Part shown: in pieces, positions 29,082 to 37,903 of the stretch
Numbering within the stretch: the first letter of the stretch is position 1
Layout: each line of letters starts with the position of its first letter
Source: an uncultured Methanosarcinales archaeon
GTDB lineage: Archaea > Nanobdellota > Nanobdellia > Woesearchaeales > CAYVYK01
Direction of reading: 5' to 3'
DNA: 64,000 bases
NCBI GenBank assembly: GCA_964455675.1
Contig: CAYVYK010000002.1
Location: forward strand, 7,791-71,790
Program-made: the position numbers and the translations under genes
The notes under the pieces: model-generated
The model's input: only the letters and a program-made list of their open reading frames with translations
What the model was told of the DNA's origin: nothing
Database searches by the model: none

Positions 29082-29416
29082 AACAAGTTATTCTCGTTCG
29101 GATGGATTTGAAGATGAGCAAGGGAAAAACTGCAACCCAGGTAGCCCATGCCAGTGTTGATGCTGTTCTGCAGACTGATAAGAAGACTGTTCAATCCTGG
29201 CAGAATGATGGCGCAAAAAAAGTGGTGCTCAAAGTTGATGGACTTGCCGCGTTGAAGCAGTACCTTGAGAAAGCAAAAAAGGGAGGTGTGGTGTGCGCAT
29301 TGATTTCAGACGCTGGAAGAACGCATCTTGAACCGGGAACCACCACATGCCTTGCTATCGGCCCCGACGATGAGGATAAGCTCGACACAATAACTGGTGA
29401 CCTCAAGCTGTTGTAA
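29078..29416 (+). CDS. pth2: Peptidyl-tRNA hydrolase, archaeal PTH2 type
   Basis: LVRMDLKMSKGKTATQVAHASV and CLAIGP motifs of the PTH2 family; 112 aa; GTG start. Confidence 0.85.
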   Translation: MKQVILVRMDLKMSKGKTATQVAHASVDAVLQTDKKTVQSWQNDGAKKVVLKVDGLAALKQYLEKAKKGGVVCALISDAGRTHLEPGTTTCLAIGPDDEDKLDTITGDLKLL

Positions 29417-29523
29417 GTGTTATTCTCTGATGGATCCATGTTTTGAAGATCGAGCGCTATTGACCATAAATTTATATAGGTATACATTATAGGCAACTCT
29501 TATACCATTTAAGAGGTGATTGA

Positions 29524-31062
29524 ATGGGCGGTTTCAAGAATATTGTCAGCGTTATCGTTTTCTGTCTGTTGTGCGCATCGTCAGTGAGCGCAGCTGTGTA
29601 TCAAGGACAAAGAATGGTTGCCACGGGGAGAGCGGTCTTCAATCCGATGCAAGTTGTTCCTGCGGAACAGATCCCAGCAACTCAGGGTGAAGTTGTCTAT
29701 GCGGATGATACGATGGTGCCACTGATTAATGCGAACGCATGTTCAAAAGACTCTCAGTGTGAGACGAATAGCGTCAAGGTCGGTAATCCGGGAACGACTC
29801 CCTCATATGGGGATATATCAACTTCCGGAATAATCAAGACTTACGGAGGCCTTTCGGTTCTCGGCGGATATCTGAACCTTCCGCAAAACAGTGTGCAGGA
29901 GGAGGATATCATGTTCACAACCTACTGCGGCCCCGAGGATTCTCTCTACATTATGGGGGGTGATCTTCAATGCGGTCCTGGCGGAGGACAGGGGTGCCAG
30001 TGCCTTTACTGGCTGGATGCTGACCTTGGTGTAAAACAAGCGATCGACAATGGTGACACCATCACAATAAGTGGGGGTCCGGGCATCGTAACAAATGTGT
30101 ATACTCCAGAAAATATAAGTGTCAGCATTCTGCCGGATGGAATAAAGACCTATATGGTTGAGGATGAACAGATTACCTCAGAAAAAATTCATTGGAATAC
30201 TATCAGATCGGAGGATATTGAAGACCAAGCAATAAATAGCCCGAAAATCAGATCCAACGCAGTCACTTCTGATAAAGTCGTTGATGGAACGATAAGCCCA
30301 GCAGATGTTGGATTCAATTATGCAGGCAGCTCTTCAAAGGGAGGTCCTGCAACATCAGCCTACTCAGTTCCATGGACGGGAATAACAGGAATGCCTGCCG
30401 GATTTGCCGATGGTATTGATGATGTAGGATCAGGAGGCTCGTTCTACTTCACACTTGATGGTGACCTTGGACCGATGGAAACCGTTTACAATGGTGACAC
30501 CTTGGGTGTAAGGGGTGGGGAGGGTATCATTACAGAAGTCCTCACACCGGACAATGTAAGCATATCCATTATTCCAGGAGGAATCGACAACAACCTTCTA
30601 GGACAGAATGCAGTGACCTCAAACAAGATCGCCGACGGTACCATAACATACTCAGACATAAACACCGCATCAGTCCAGCGACGCGTTACAGGATCCTGCC
30701 CTTCAGGTTCAAGCATCCGCATCATTAACCCAGACGGAACCGTCGCATGTGAAACAGACGATTCAGGTTCCGGTGGAGGTGTGGTTGCTGGTGATGGCCT
30801 TTCAGGAAGTGGAACAGCTATGGATCCACTAGTTGTTAATGCCGGAAGTGGTATTTACGTGGACGGAGCGGGTGTGAGTGCTACCCTTGGAACCGCCATC
30901 AGCAGTTCGGAAATTATGGACGGAACAGTGGCAACCCAGGATATCATGAATGGCGCCGTAACCCAAACGAAGTTGAACCTCGGTCTATCGGGCTCAGGAA
31001 ACGCCTACGTCTGTGTGAACAGCGCAGGTCAGTTGTATAGAAGCCAAACTCCCTGCGTGTAG
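29524..31062 (+). CDS. Secreted repeat protein (tail-fibre-like short repeats), function unknown
   Basis: Signal peptide; repeated ~12-15 aa units (SEKIHWNTIRSEDI / SPKIRSNAVTSDKVVDGTISPADV / NAVTSNKIADGTITYSDI / GAVTQTKLNLG); Cys pairs at both ends; ends 80 nt before tRNA-Lys. Confidence 0.55.
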   Translation: MGGFKNIVSVIVFCLLCASSVSAAVYQGQRMVATGRAVFNPMQVVPAEQIPATQGEVVYADDTMVPLINANACSKDSQCETNSVKVGNPGTTPSYGDISTSGIIKTYGGLSVLGGYLNLPQNSVQEEDIMFTTYCGPEDSLYIMGGDLQCGPGGGQGCQCLYWLDADLGVKQAIDNGDTITISGGPGIVTNVYTPENISVSILPDGIKTYMVEDEQITSEKIHWNTIRSEDIEDQAINSPKIRSNAVTSDKVVDGTISPADVGFNYAGSSSKGGPATSAYSVPWTGITGMPAGFADGIDDVGSGGSFYFTLDGDLGPMETVYNGDTLGVRGGEGIITEVLTPDNVSISIIPGGIDNNLLGQNAVTSNKIADGTITYSDINTASVQRRVTGSCPSGSSIRIINPDGTVACETDDSGSGGGVVAGDGLSGSGTAMDPLVVNAGSGIYVDGAGVSATLGTAISSSEIMDGTVATQDIMNGAVTQTKLNLGLSGSGNAYVCVNSAGQLYRSQTPCV

Positions 31063-31141
31063 CGGGGTTTTTTCCTCTTTTTTCTTTAATATTTTTCTTC
31101 TCAGAAACATTTTTAAAGGATGTGCGAAAGCTTTCTCTCGT

Positions 31142-31215
31142 GGGCACTTAGCTCAGCCTGGCAGAGCGGACGGCTCTTAACCGTCAGGTCGGGGGTTCGA
31201 ATCCCCTAGTGCCCG
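31142..31215 (+). tRNA. tRNA-Lys (anticodon CUU)
   Basis: Cloverleaf folded by hand: acceptor GGGCACU/AGUGCCC, D-arm GCUC/GAGC, anticodon stem GACGG/CCGUC with loop CUCUUAA, T-arm GGGGG-UUCGAAU-CCCCU; no encoded CCA. Confidence 0.85.
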
Positions 31216-31253
31216 TAGCGAAGGGTACTAGGCTACGAACGACAGTGAGTTTG

Positions 31254-31265
31254 CCTAGTGCCCGT
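31254..31265 (+). repeat. Exact 12-nt direct repeat of the tRNA-Lys 3' end (CCTAGTGCCCGT), 37 nt downstream of the tRNA
   Basis: Identical to the tRNA's last 12 nt, seen directly; typical att-core duplication left by tRNA-targeting integrative elements. Confidence 0.55.
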
Positions 31266-31303
31266 TATTTCAGCAGTAGCTGTTCTGACCATTGTCTCCT
31301 GAG

Positions 31304-31632
31304 CCCGCAAGGGCGCAATAATTTTTATAATATCGGGGAATACTGGATACCGCCTTCTAGATATCGTGATGGTTCCCCAGCCCCTTGTGGACGAATGAGT
31401 ACGTCGGCAAACTTTGTTAGTGTGATTCCATTGAGGATGCTGCATCGTACAAAGTGATAAAAGATTTTGCTCGAGCAAATCTACTGCGTGAAGGACGTTA
31501 TTGCCACCTTGACCCGCAAGGATTCAATAATAATTCTCGGTGTACAGTGTAGTAGAACTTTCTATCACCCGAGAACACTGGTATGATGAATAAAGAGGTT
31601 CTTTCTTCCCAAAACCGCAAGGGCGCAGTAAC
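31304..31632 (+). repeat. Three dispersed copies of a ~19-nt motif (C)CCGCAAGG(G)...CA(A/G)TAA(T), each forming a short GNRA (GCAA) tetraloop hairpin
   Basis: Copies at about 31304, 31513 and 31614 in the non-coding region between tRNA-Lys and the amidase cluster. Confidence 0.5.
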
Positions 31633-31691
31633 TATCCTATTTATGTAAATGGATTTTTCTAAGAAAATGGGGAGTATCCAACGATGAGTTG

Positions 31692-32033
31692 CTAAGACAT
31701 CTCCTTATGGGGGATATACTCAAGAACGAACGATTCCTCTTCATCCTCAACATGCCGAGTTATGCGGAATTTCACTTTATCACGATTTGAACTGAAAGGC
31801 TTGAGGTGTTTCTTGAGCTGTTCTTTAAGTGAGTAGTCCCACACGCTCCATATCTTGTCAACAGCCTGGCCATTCTCAGAACTGACTGCTGTGCAAAACA
31901 AGCTATCATTGTCAGGATTTTTTTTGAAATTCCAATCTGAGATTTCGAGTTCGTATACCTGATCCGGGAGGAAATGCATGTATGCGTCCCAGTTACTCTT
32001 CTTTCGCTGCTTCTGGTACTTCCATGTCACCAT
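31692..32033 (-). CDS. Hypothetical protein
   Basis: 113-aa ORF downstream of and co-oriented with the amidase gene. Confidence 0.4.
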   Translation of the reverse strand: MVTWKYQKQRKKSNWDAYMHFLPDQVYELEISDWNFKKNPDNDSLFCTAVSSENGQAVDKIWSVWDYSLKEQLKKHLKPFSSNRDKVKFRITRHVEDEEESFVLEYIPHKEMS

Positions 32034-32069
32034 ATCTACACCATTAGTGGGTGCGCTTTAAAAGGTTTA

Positions 32070-33077
32070 CTACCGTGAAAGTCTGGCGATGAGCTCGTCC
32101 GCATCGGTGTAGATTCGCGTGCCAACCGGAAGTGCTCTCCAGTTGCGAACCTGCTCACCGGTCATGTGACCTTTGGGAGTGATGTAGAGAGTGTTTGCGT
32201 CGTCGTATTTCGCGCCCACCAACTGATACGCAGTCTGACCTCTGCCTAGGACGTATTCATGATGAGCAGGTTCATCTCCTGAAGCCAGAAAATTGTACTT
32301 GATGTTCGACCCGGCTTTGAGCGTAATTGTTCGTCCGTCCGCAAGTTTGAGAGTTCCATTTTTTTGAGGGACTGCCGTTTCAGGGACAATCCTTCCAGCT
32401 GCAACATCAGGGTCTTCGTCAGCCCAGTGGACTCCTAGCTTCTGCATGTCAACCGAGTTGGCACATTTTTTCCCTCGTTGCCTGAGTATTGCAGTTCCAT
32501 TTTTTAATTTTACCCGTTGTTCGTACACGCGTACTTGGCTGTGTTTAAGCACATGATCGTCATCCACTTGGTATCTTGTTTTGAGCTCTCCGATGAGCCA
32601 TGCTCCGCTAGCGTATTGTTCAGGCGTCAATTCCTTTGCATACGTCCCTTCAAATTCTATTCCAAGAGATCTACTATTCAGATATTCCTGCCCGTTCCAA
32701 ACGCTTGGTCCTGCGTGCTCTGCTCGTTCACGTTCTGGTACGATGGAGTAGATGGTTCCGTCTTTTCTGACAAGGTATTGAGCAGAATGATTATTTCGTA
32801 GCGTTTCAAGCGCGCCCGAGAAACCGCCTTCAGTAGTATGAATGATGATGTATTCTGTCGTCTTTCGTACCTTGCCGGGATTCTCCGCAACTTGGTGCGA
32901 TCGAACGATGTCAGTAAGCGGTGCGATAGCGTTGAGTGGCTGTGCTCGAAGTGGGGATGCGCTCCGCATGCTGTGTGATACAACATAGGTGACTCCCGCA
33001 GTCCCAAGAACCGCTGCAAGTATCCCGACTCCAATTTTAGATTTCCATAGACTGTTATGGAGAGGTTCTGACATCAC
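32070..33077 (-). CDS. N-acetylmuramoyl-L-alanine amidase (Amidase_2/PGRP domain), membrane-anchored, with C-terminal extra domain
   Basis: N-terminal TM anchor; IIIHTTEG ... AEHAGPSVWNGQEYLNSRSLGIEFEG matches the zinc-amidase PGRP/T7-lysozyme core; extra ~150-aa C-terminal region. Confidence 0.7.
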   Translation of the reverse strand: MMSEPLHNSLWKSKIGVGILAAVLGTAGVTYVVSHSMRSASPLRAQPLNAIAPLTDIVRSHQVAENPGKVRKTTEYIIIHTTEGGFSGALETLRNNHSAQYLVRKDGTIYSIVPERERAEHAGPSVWNGQEYLNSRSLGIEFEGTYAKELTPEQYASGAWLIGELKTRYQVDDDHVLKHSQVRVYEQRVKLKNGTAILRQRGKKCANSVDMQKLGVHWADEDPDVAAGRIVPETAVPQKNGTLKLADGRTITLKAGSNIKYNFLASGDEPAHHEYVLGRGQTAYQLVGAKYDDANTLYITPKGHMTGEQVRNWRALPVGTRIYTDADELIARLSR

Positions 33078-33264
33078 TCGAGAAGTAAACTACTCATATT
33101 TAAAGGTATCTAATATTAACTATTAATAAGTGGTAACAATATCACAATATGCTTAGGGAAAATACATGAATGAGAACCACAGTATAAAAGAGGATGGAAT
33201 TAACATAACCTCTTCTGAGTAACAGCACAATATTAATAAGGAAAACTACTGAAAAACCTTTGAA

Positions 33265-34536
33265 ATGGCGGAAGAGGTAGGGAAGGCAGATCAGTCATCA
33301 GTACAGAAGAAACCTGAAGATAAAAAAAACCCAGATGACGAGCTGGATCTTCTGTCTGCCCCAAGAAAACAGCTTCTCCTTCTTATTACAAAGAGCCTCG
33401 AAGCAGGAAAGAACGAGAAAGCCATCCAAAGTGATCTCATAAAGGCTGGCTGGTCCAAGACCATGGTCAAGGAACTGATGGACGAGGCACAGAATAGTGG
33501 TCAAGTCGCAAAAGCTGGTTACTTTAAACGTAAGGAGGGCGAAGCGCCCGTGCCTATTCTCAAGGATGCTCCAATCATTCGTTTCGAGGAGGTATCAAAG
33601 GCATTTGATGAGAATATTGTGCTGAACAAGATTAACCTTGAAATTAAGGCTGGAGAAATTTTTGGGATCATCGGTCTATCTGGGAGTGGCAAGAGCACGA
33701 TGCTCAACCTCATCATCGGATTTTATTATGCTGACGAGGGCAAAGTAATCTATCGCACACCGGGCAGCCCCGAGTATAAGAGTGTAGTGACTCACCCGGA
33801 TGAAGTGAAGAACCTCATCGGATTCTCGCCCCAGGATGCATCATTCTATTCAAACCTAACTGCGGAAGAGAATTTATTCTATTTTGGGAGTCTGTACGGC
33901 CTTTCATCACAGACACTGAGACAGAACGTGTATGCGCTACTCGATCTTGTCGAGCTCACGAGTTCGAGAAAGACACTCGCGAAGCATCTAAGTGGGGGAA
34001 TGCAACGTAGACTGAGTATCGCGTGCGCTCTCATACATGAGCCAAAGATATTGGTGCTCGACGAGCCGACCGCAGATCTTGACCCAGTTATCCGGCAGGA
34101 TATCTGGGAGGTTATTGAGAAAATCCACGAGAAGGGGACGACGGTTATTCTCACGTCGCATCTATTGTCTGAGCTTGAGACGTTGTGCGACCGCGTAGCA
34201 ATCATCCACAATGGAGGAATCTTAAGGCTCGGAACTCCCCTTGAGATCAAGAACCTCTACACTCACGCACAGGAAATCGTGATCGAAACCATGATGGGAG
34301 AGTACACGCCGATTATGGATCAGATCAAGAAAATGAGGCTACCAGTGAAGAAAATGGTTGTTGAGCATAATCGCCTGGTTATGATGAGTGATAGCGCCGA
34401 AGAAGTGCTGCATAAAGTGCTCAACATCCTCGAGAAACGCAGCGAGAGTGTTATTGATATCACCCTCAACAAACCCAGTTTGTCCGAAGTATTCAGCAAC
34501 CTTGTGAAGCACAAGAAGGACGAACCCGAGACTTGA
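33265..34536 (+). CDS. ABC transporter ATP-binding protein with ~100-aa charged N-terminal extension
   Basis: Walker A GLSGSGKST, signature LSGGMQRRLSIA, Walker B ILVLDEPTADLD. Confidence 0.85.
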   Translation: MAEEVGKADQSSVQKKPEDKKNPDDELDLLSAPRKQLLLLITKSLEAGKNEKAIQSDLIKAGWSKTMVKELMDEAQNSGQVAKAGYFKRKEGEAPVPILKDAPIIRFEEVSKAFDENIVLNKINLEIKAGEIFGIIGLSGSGKSTMLNLIIGFYYADEGKVIYRTPGSPEYKSVVTHPDEVKNLIGFSPQDASFYSNLTAEENLFYFGSLYGLSSQTLRQNVYALLDLVELTSSRKTLAKHLSGGMQRRLSIACALIHEPKILVLDEPTADLDPVIRQDIWEVIEKIHEKGTTVILTSHLLSELETLCDRVAIIHNGGILRLGTPLEIKNLYTHAQEIVIETMMGEYTPIMDQIKKMRLPVKKMVVEHNRLVMMSDSAEEVLHKVLNILEKRSESVIDITLNKPSLSEVFSNLVKHKKDEPET

Positions 34537-34540
34537 AATC

Positions 34541-36310
34541 ATGAACCGTATTATCAGCATTATAAAGAAGAACTTGAAGCTTCTCGTCAGGGCGAAGAGC
34601 TCAGCGCTGATTGTAGTACTTGGGCCGCTGCTCCTGATTTTCCTTGTGGGGCTCGCATTTGATAACACACAAGCTTACCAGGTATCGATTGGAACGTATT
34701 CTGAAGGGTACAACGAGCTTTCCACATCGTTCATCGAGAACTTGAAGGAGAGCCAGTTCAGGGTTGAAGCTTTCCCGACGGAAGAATTGTGCATTGACGC
34801 GATAAAACAGGGAAAAGTACACACGTGCATGGTTTTCCCTCCAGGCCTACAGATCGGCAAAGAAGGCAGCAACCAGATAACGTTTCATATAGATTATTCC
34901 CGCATCAACCTGGTATGGTCAATCCTTGATACGGTATCAGGCCATGTGACTGAGAGATCATCACAAATATCGCTCAACCTTACTAATACGGTTCTAAATG
35001 CGCTCCTCCAGGTGAGAGATCGCGCGATCAAGACTAAGCCAATTCTTGTTGACTCAACAACGAAGAATTCCGATGTGCAGAAGAAAGTAAGCGATGTGAA
35101 GAAGGATCTTATTGCGCTTGATCTAAGCATGAATCCCGCAGAGTTCAAGCTCACGGAGATTCAGACTTGGGCCACCTCGTTTCAGCAGCAGGTCCAGACA
35201 TTGATTACGGGATCAGACAAGTACTTCGCAAACATCACGTCAAGGACAAATGATGTTATAGATTCAGTCGAAGACGCAAACCTGTCCACTTCCACGGAGA
35301 ATGCGATTATTGGCGATCTCGAGGAAATCTTGAACCTAACAAAGAAGGTAGACACTCTCGTAAGCGGTCAGACGTCGCTCTCTACGACAAAAATAACAGA
35401 GCTCAACACCCTGCTCGACCAGATCGAAGGAAAAGTGACGGAGACTAAGACGAAGATCGATGGCGTTGTTCAGTTCCGTGAGGGTGCAAACGCGAAGCTC
35501 TCCGAAGTGGATCAGTTGCTCACGAATAGCCTGAACAACATCGTTGTCATTCAGAAGAACATGAACTTTATTGAGAGCACCGTAGATTCTATTGAGTTTA
35601 AGGAAGCATCATCGATTGTTGCACCAATCACGACACAGATTAAACCAGTCATTACGGAAAAGACACACTTAAATTATCTTTTTCCAAGCCTTATCGTTCT
35701 TGTTATTATGTTTATCTGTATCCTACTTTCCGCGATTCTCGTCGAGATGGAAAAGAACAGCAAGGCGAATTTCAGAAGCTTCCTGACGCCAACACCAGAT
35801 ATAATTTTTGTCGTTGCGACGTATCTCACAACCATGATTCTCCTGGTCATTCAGCTGGCTATTATTCTTGGTACGACAGCGATCTTTTTCAAGGCGAGAG
35901 TGTTTGGCAATCTCTGGATTTCCGCCCTCGTCCTCCTGCTCATCGGAACGTTTTTCTCGCTCTTTGGCATGTTGATTGGATATGTTCTAAAGTCTGAGGA
36001 GACCGCAACCCTCGCAGCAATTTCGATAGGCACGATTTTCCTCTTGTTGTCAGGACTTGTTCTCCCGATGGAGAGCATGCCTCAATATATCCGCGATGTT
36101 GCTGAGTATAATCCCTATGTCATTGGGGAAGGTGTACTTAGGAAAGCTATGTTATTCAGCGCAAATATTGGGGATATGGACATCGCGATATATACTCTGC
36201 TTGGGTACTCTGCTGCAGTGTTCTATATCATCTATCTCCTACAGAAACTAAGCAAAAAGCGTTTGCTGAGCGGTATTTTCAAACTACCGCGTATGAGAAG
36301 GGCAAAATAG
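34541..36310 (+). CDS. ABC-2/YhgE-Pip-like permease with ~330-aa coiled-coil-rich extracytoplasmic domain
   Basis: N-terminal TM, long hydrophilic helical region, 5 C-terminal TM helices. Confidence 0.7.
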   Translation: MNRIISIIKKNLKLLVRAKSSALIVVLGPLLLIFLVGLAFDNTQAYQVSIGTYSEGYNELSTSFIENLKESQFRVEAFPTEELCIDAIKQGKVHTCMVFPPGLQIGKEGSNQITFHIDYSRINLVWSILDTVSGHVTERSSQISLNLTNTVLNALLQVRDRAIKTKPILVDSTTKNSDVQKKVSDVKKDLIALDLSMNPAEFKLTEIQTWATSFQQQVQTLITGSDKYFANITSRTNDVIDSVEDANLSTSTENAIIGDLEEILNLTKKVDTLVSGQTSLSTTKITELNTLLDQIEGKVTETKTKIDGVVQFREGANAKLSEVDQLLTNSLNNIVVIQKNMNFIESTVDSIEFKEASSIVAPITTQIKPVITEKTHLNYLFPSLIVLVIMFICILLSAILVEMEKNSKANFRSFLTPTPDIIFVVATYLTTMILLVIQLAIILGTTAIFFKARVFGNLWISALVLLLIGTFFSLFGMLIGYVLKSEETATLAAISIGTIFLLLSGLVLPMESMPQYIRDVAEYNPYVIGEGVLRKAMLFSANIGDMDIAIYTLLGYSAAVFYIIYLLQKLSKKRLLSGIFKLPRMRRAK

Positions 36311-36404
36311 CCAAAAGTTTGCTCATGAGTAACGAAGAGTATGCGAATGTCTACTGTTTTTTTAAAAATAAGAAGCAAGAAAAAAAAGTATTAAAAAAGA
36401 GGCA

Positions 36405-37178
36405 CTAGAGTTTGGAACGGAGTTCCTGCGACTTCTCGATGGCAAGGTCAACCATGGCGCTGATATCGTCCGTGGTAAGCGCACCATCTCCTCCCTTCTG
36501 CATAGAGCAGATGATACCATCTTCAGTGCAACCGACGGTTAATCGAGCATCATAGAGTTCTTCCTCATCGGACGCTGGATCAACGAGATACACTCCGCCG
36601 ACTTTTAGGACTGTTATCGACATGGGAACTCTGCTAAGTGGCAGACTCTTGTCGGTATGGTCCTTGTAGTCAACACTTCCGTCTTCTTTCAGCTTGGGGA
36701 ATTTGACGTTTCGTATGGCCGCAATTGTCGCGAGGGCCGCAGCATCAAATATGTTGCCCGCATCGTTGATTGTGCAAATGTCGACCATGACGGACCACAC
36801 TTTGCCACCCTGTTCAACACATAATGCCTTGTTGTCGATCGCCTTGCTCTCCCGTACAGCCCGGTCAACAACTCGTGCTATTTCAATAGCGTAAGAACCG
36901 GGGGGGCCTGGCTCAAACTCCGGGTTCGACATCGGAAGTAGCTCCGCTCCGATCATGAGGTTTCCTTCTTCTGGCGTGTCAGCATACGGTGTTTCGAGGC
37001 TCATCTTCACTCCAGCGATGACGTCAGTTTCTCCGATTCTGACTCGCGCGGATCCTTCTGCGTTGACGGAGACTCCATATTCGACGCTGATCGGCCGGTA
37101 TTCAGTGAGTTTTCGTCCATCGAAGTGGATTCCTGACCTCACGAACTTCACATAGTGTTTGTAGCGTTCGTCGTTCAT
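36405..37178 (-). CDS. rrp42: Exosome complex component Rrp42
   Basis: RNase PH-like fold sequence, position after rrp41 with 4-nt overlap; start MNDERYKHYVKFVRSGIHFDGR typical of Rrp42. Confidence 0.85.
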   Translation of the reverse strand: MNDERYKHYVKFVRSGIHFDGRKLTEYRPISVEYGVSVNAEGSARVRIGETDVIAGVKMSLETPYADTPEEGNLMIGAELLPMSNPEFEPGPPGSYAIEIARVVDRAVRESKAIDNKALCVEQGGKVWSVMVDICTINDAGNIFDAAALATIAAIRNVKFPKLKEDGSVDYKDHTDKSLPLSRVPMSITVLKVGGVYLVDPASDEEELYDARLTVGCTEDGIICSMQKGGDGALTTDDISAMVDLAIEKSQELRSKL

Positions 37179-37903
37179 GCTCCCACCCCATAGCGTTTGC
37201 GAAGCGCATCTGCCTGCATTCTGTTGATATCTTTGAGAACATGCCGTGCTAATGTTAGCGCTTGCATGAGCTGTTCTTTAGTTGCTTGTCCATCCATCTG
37301 AAGCAGTGTTACTTCTCCTGTTGATGGAATCATAGCAACAGGAATGTCCGCGACAAATCCTCCTCCTTCGTATGCCTCCTCTGCATACTGCAAGTCTGCC
37401 GCGACTTGGCCGCCAACGACTCCGACTGCTACCGCCGCAACGAGATCCTTCATGGGGACTCCCGCGTCAGCAAGCGCAATTGATGCCGCAGTCAGTCCTG
37501 CGCATCTTGTTCCGGCGTCAGTTTGTGGCAGCTCAATAAAGATGTCAAAGAGAGCGTTTGGGAATTCTCGCAGATCCACGACTGGCATGAGCGCTCGCTC
37601 GATGACCATGGAGATTTCCTTGCTTCTTCTGTTTCCCCCTGGCCGCACGCGTTCTCCGCTTCCGGAGAATGGCATCATATTGTAGTGGACGCGGAGCTTT
37701 CCAGTTTCTGGATCCTGTACCGCTTTTTGGAACGGCGTTTTCGGACCATAGACCGCTGCATATGCTTCAGTCTTTCCGATCTTGAAGTATCCAGATCCAA
37801 GCGCTCGCGGGATGACTCCTGCTTTAGCTTCCATTGGCCTCAGTTCATCGAACCTTCGGCCGTCGAATCGTTCTTTATATGTCACTTCGTTCATCATGCT
37901 CAC
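37175..37903 (-). CDS. rrp41: Exosome complex exonuclease Rrp41
   Basis: DGRRFDELRP, phosphate-binding GxxRxxxE-type region, RNase PH family. Confidence 0.85.
   Translation of the reverse strand: MSMMNEVTYKERFDGRRFDELRPMEAKAGVIPRALGSGYFKIGKTEAYAAVYGPKTPFQKAVQDPETGKLRVHYNMMPFSGSGERVRPGGNRRSKEISMVIERALMPVVDLREFPNALFDIFIELPQTDAGTRCAGLTAASIALADAGVPMKDLVAAVAVGVVGGQVAADLQYAEEAYEGGGFVADIPVAMIPSTGEVTLLQMDGQATKEQLMQALTLARHVLKDINRMQADALRKRYGVGA

Noticed and set aside
31209-31478. ORFs 31209-31457 (+) and 31233-31478 (-) as protein-coding
   Set aside because: Overlap the tRNA gene and the repeat tract; low-complexity translation; likely non-coding.
31300-31640. CRISPR array
   Set aside because: Only three imperfect short repeats with irregular 100-210-bp spacing; no cas genes; this is not a CRISPR.
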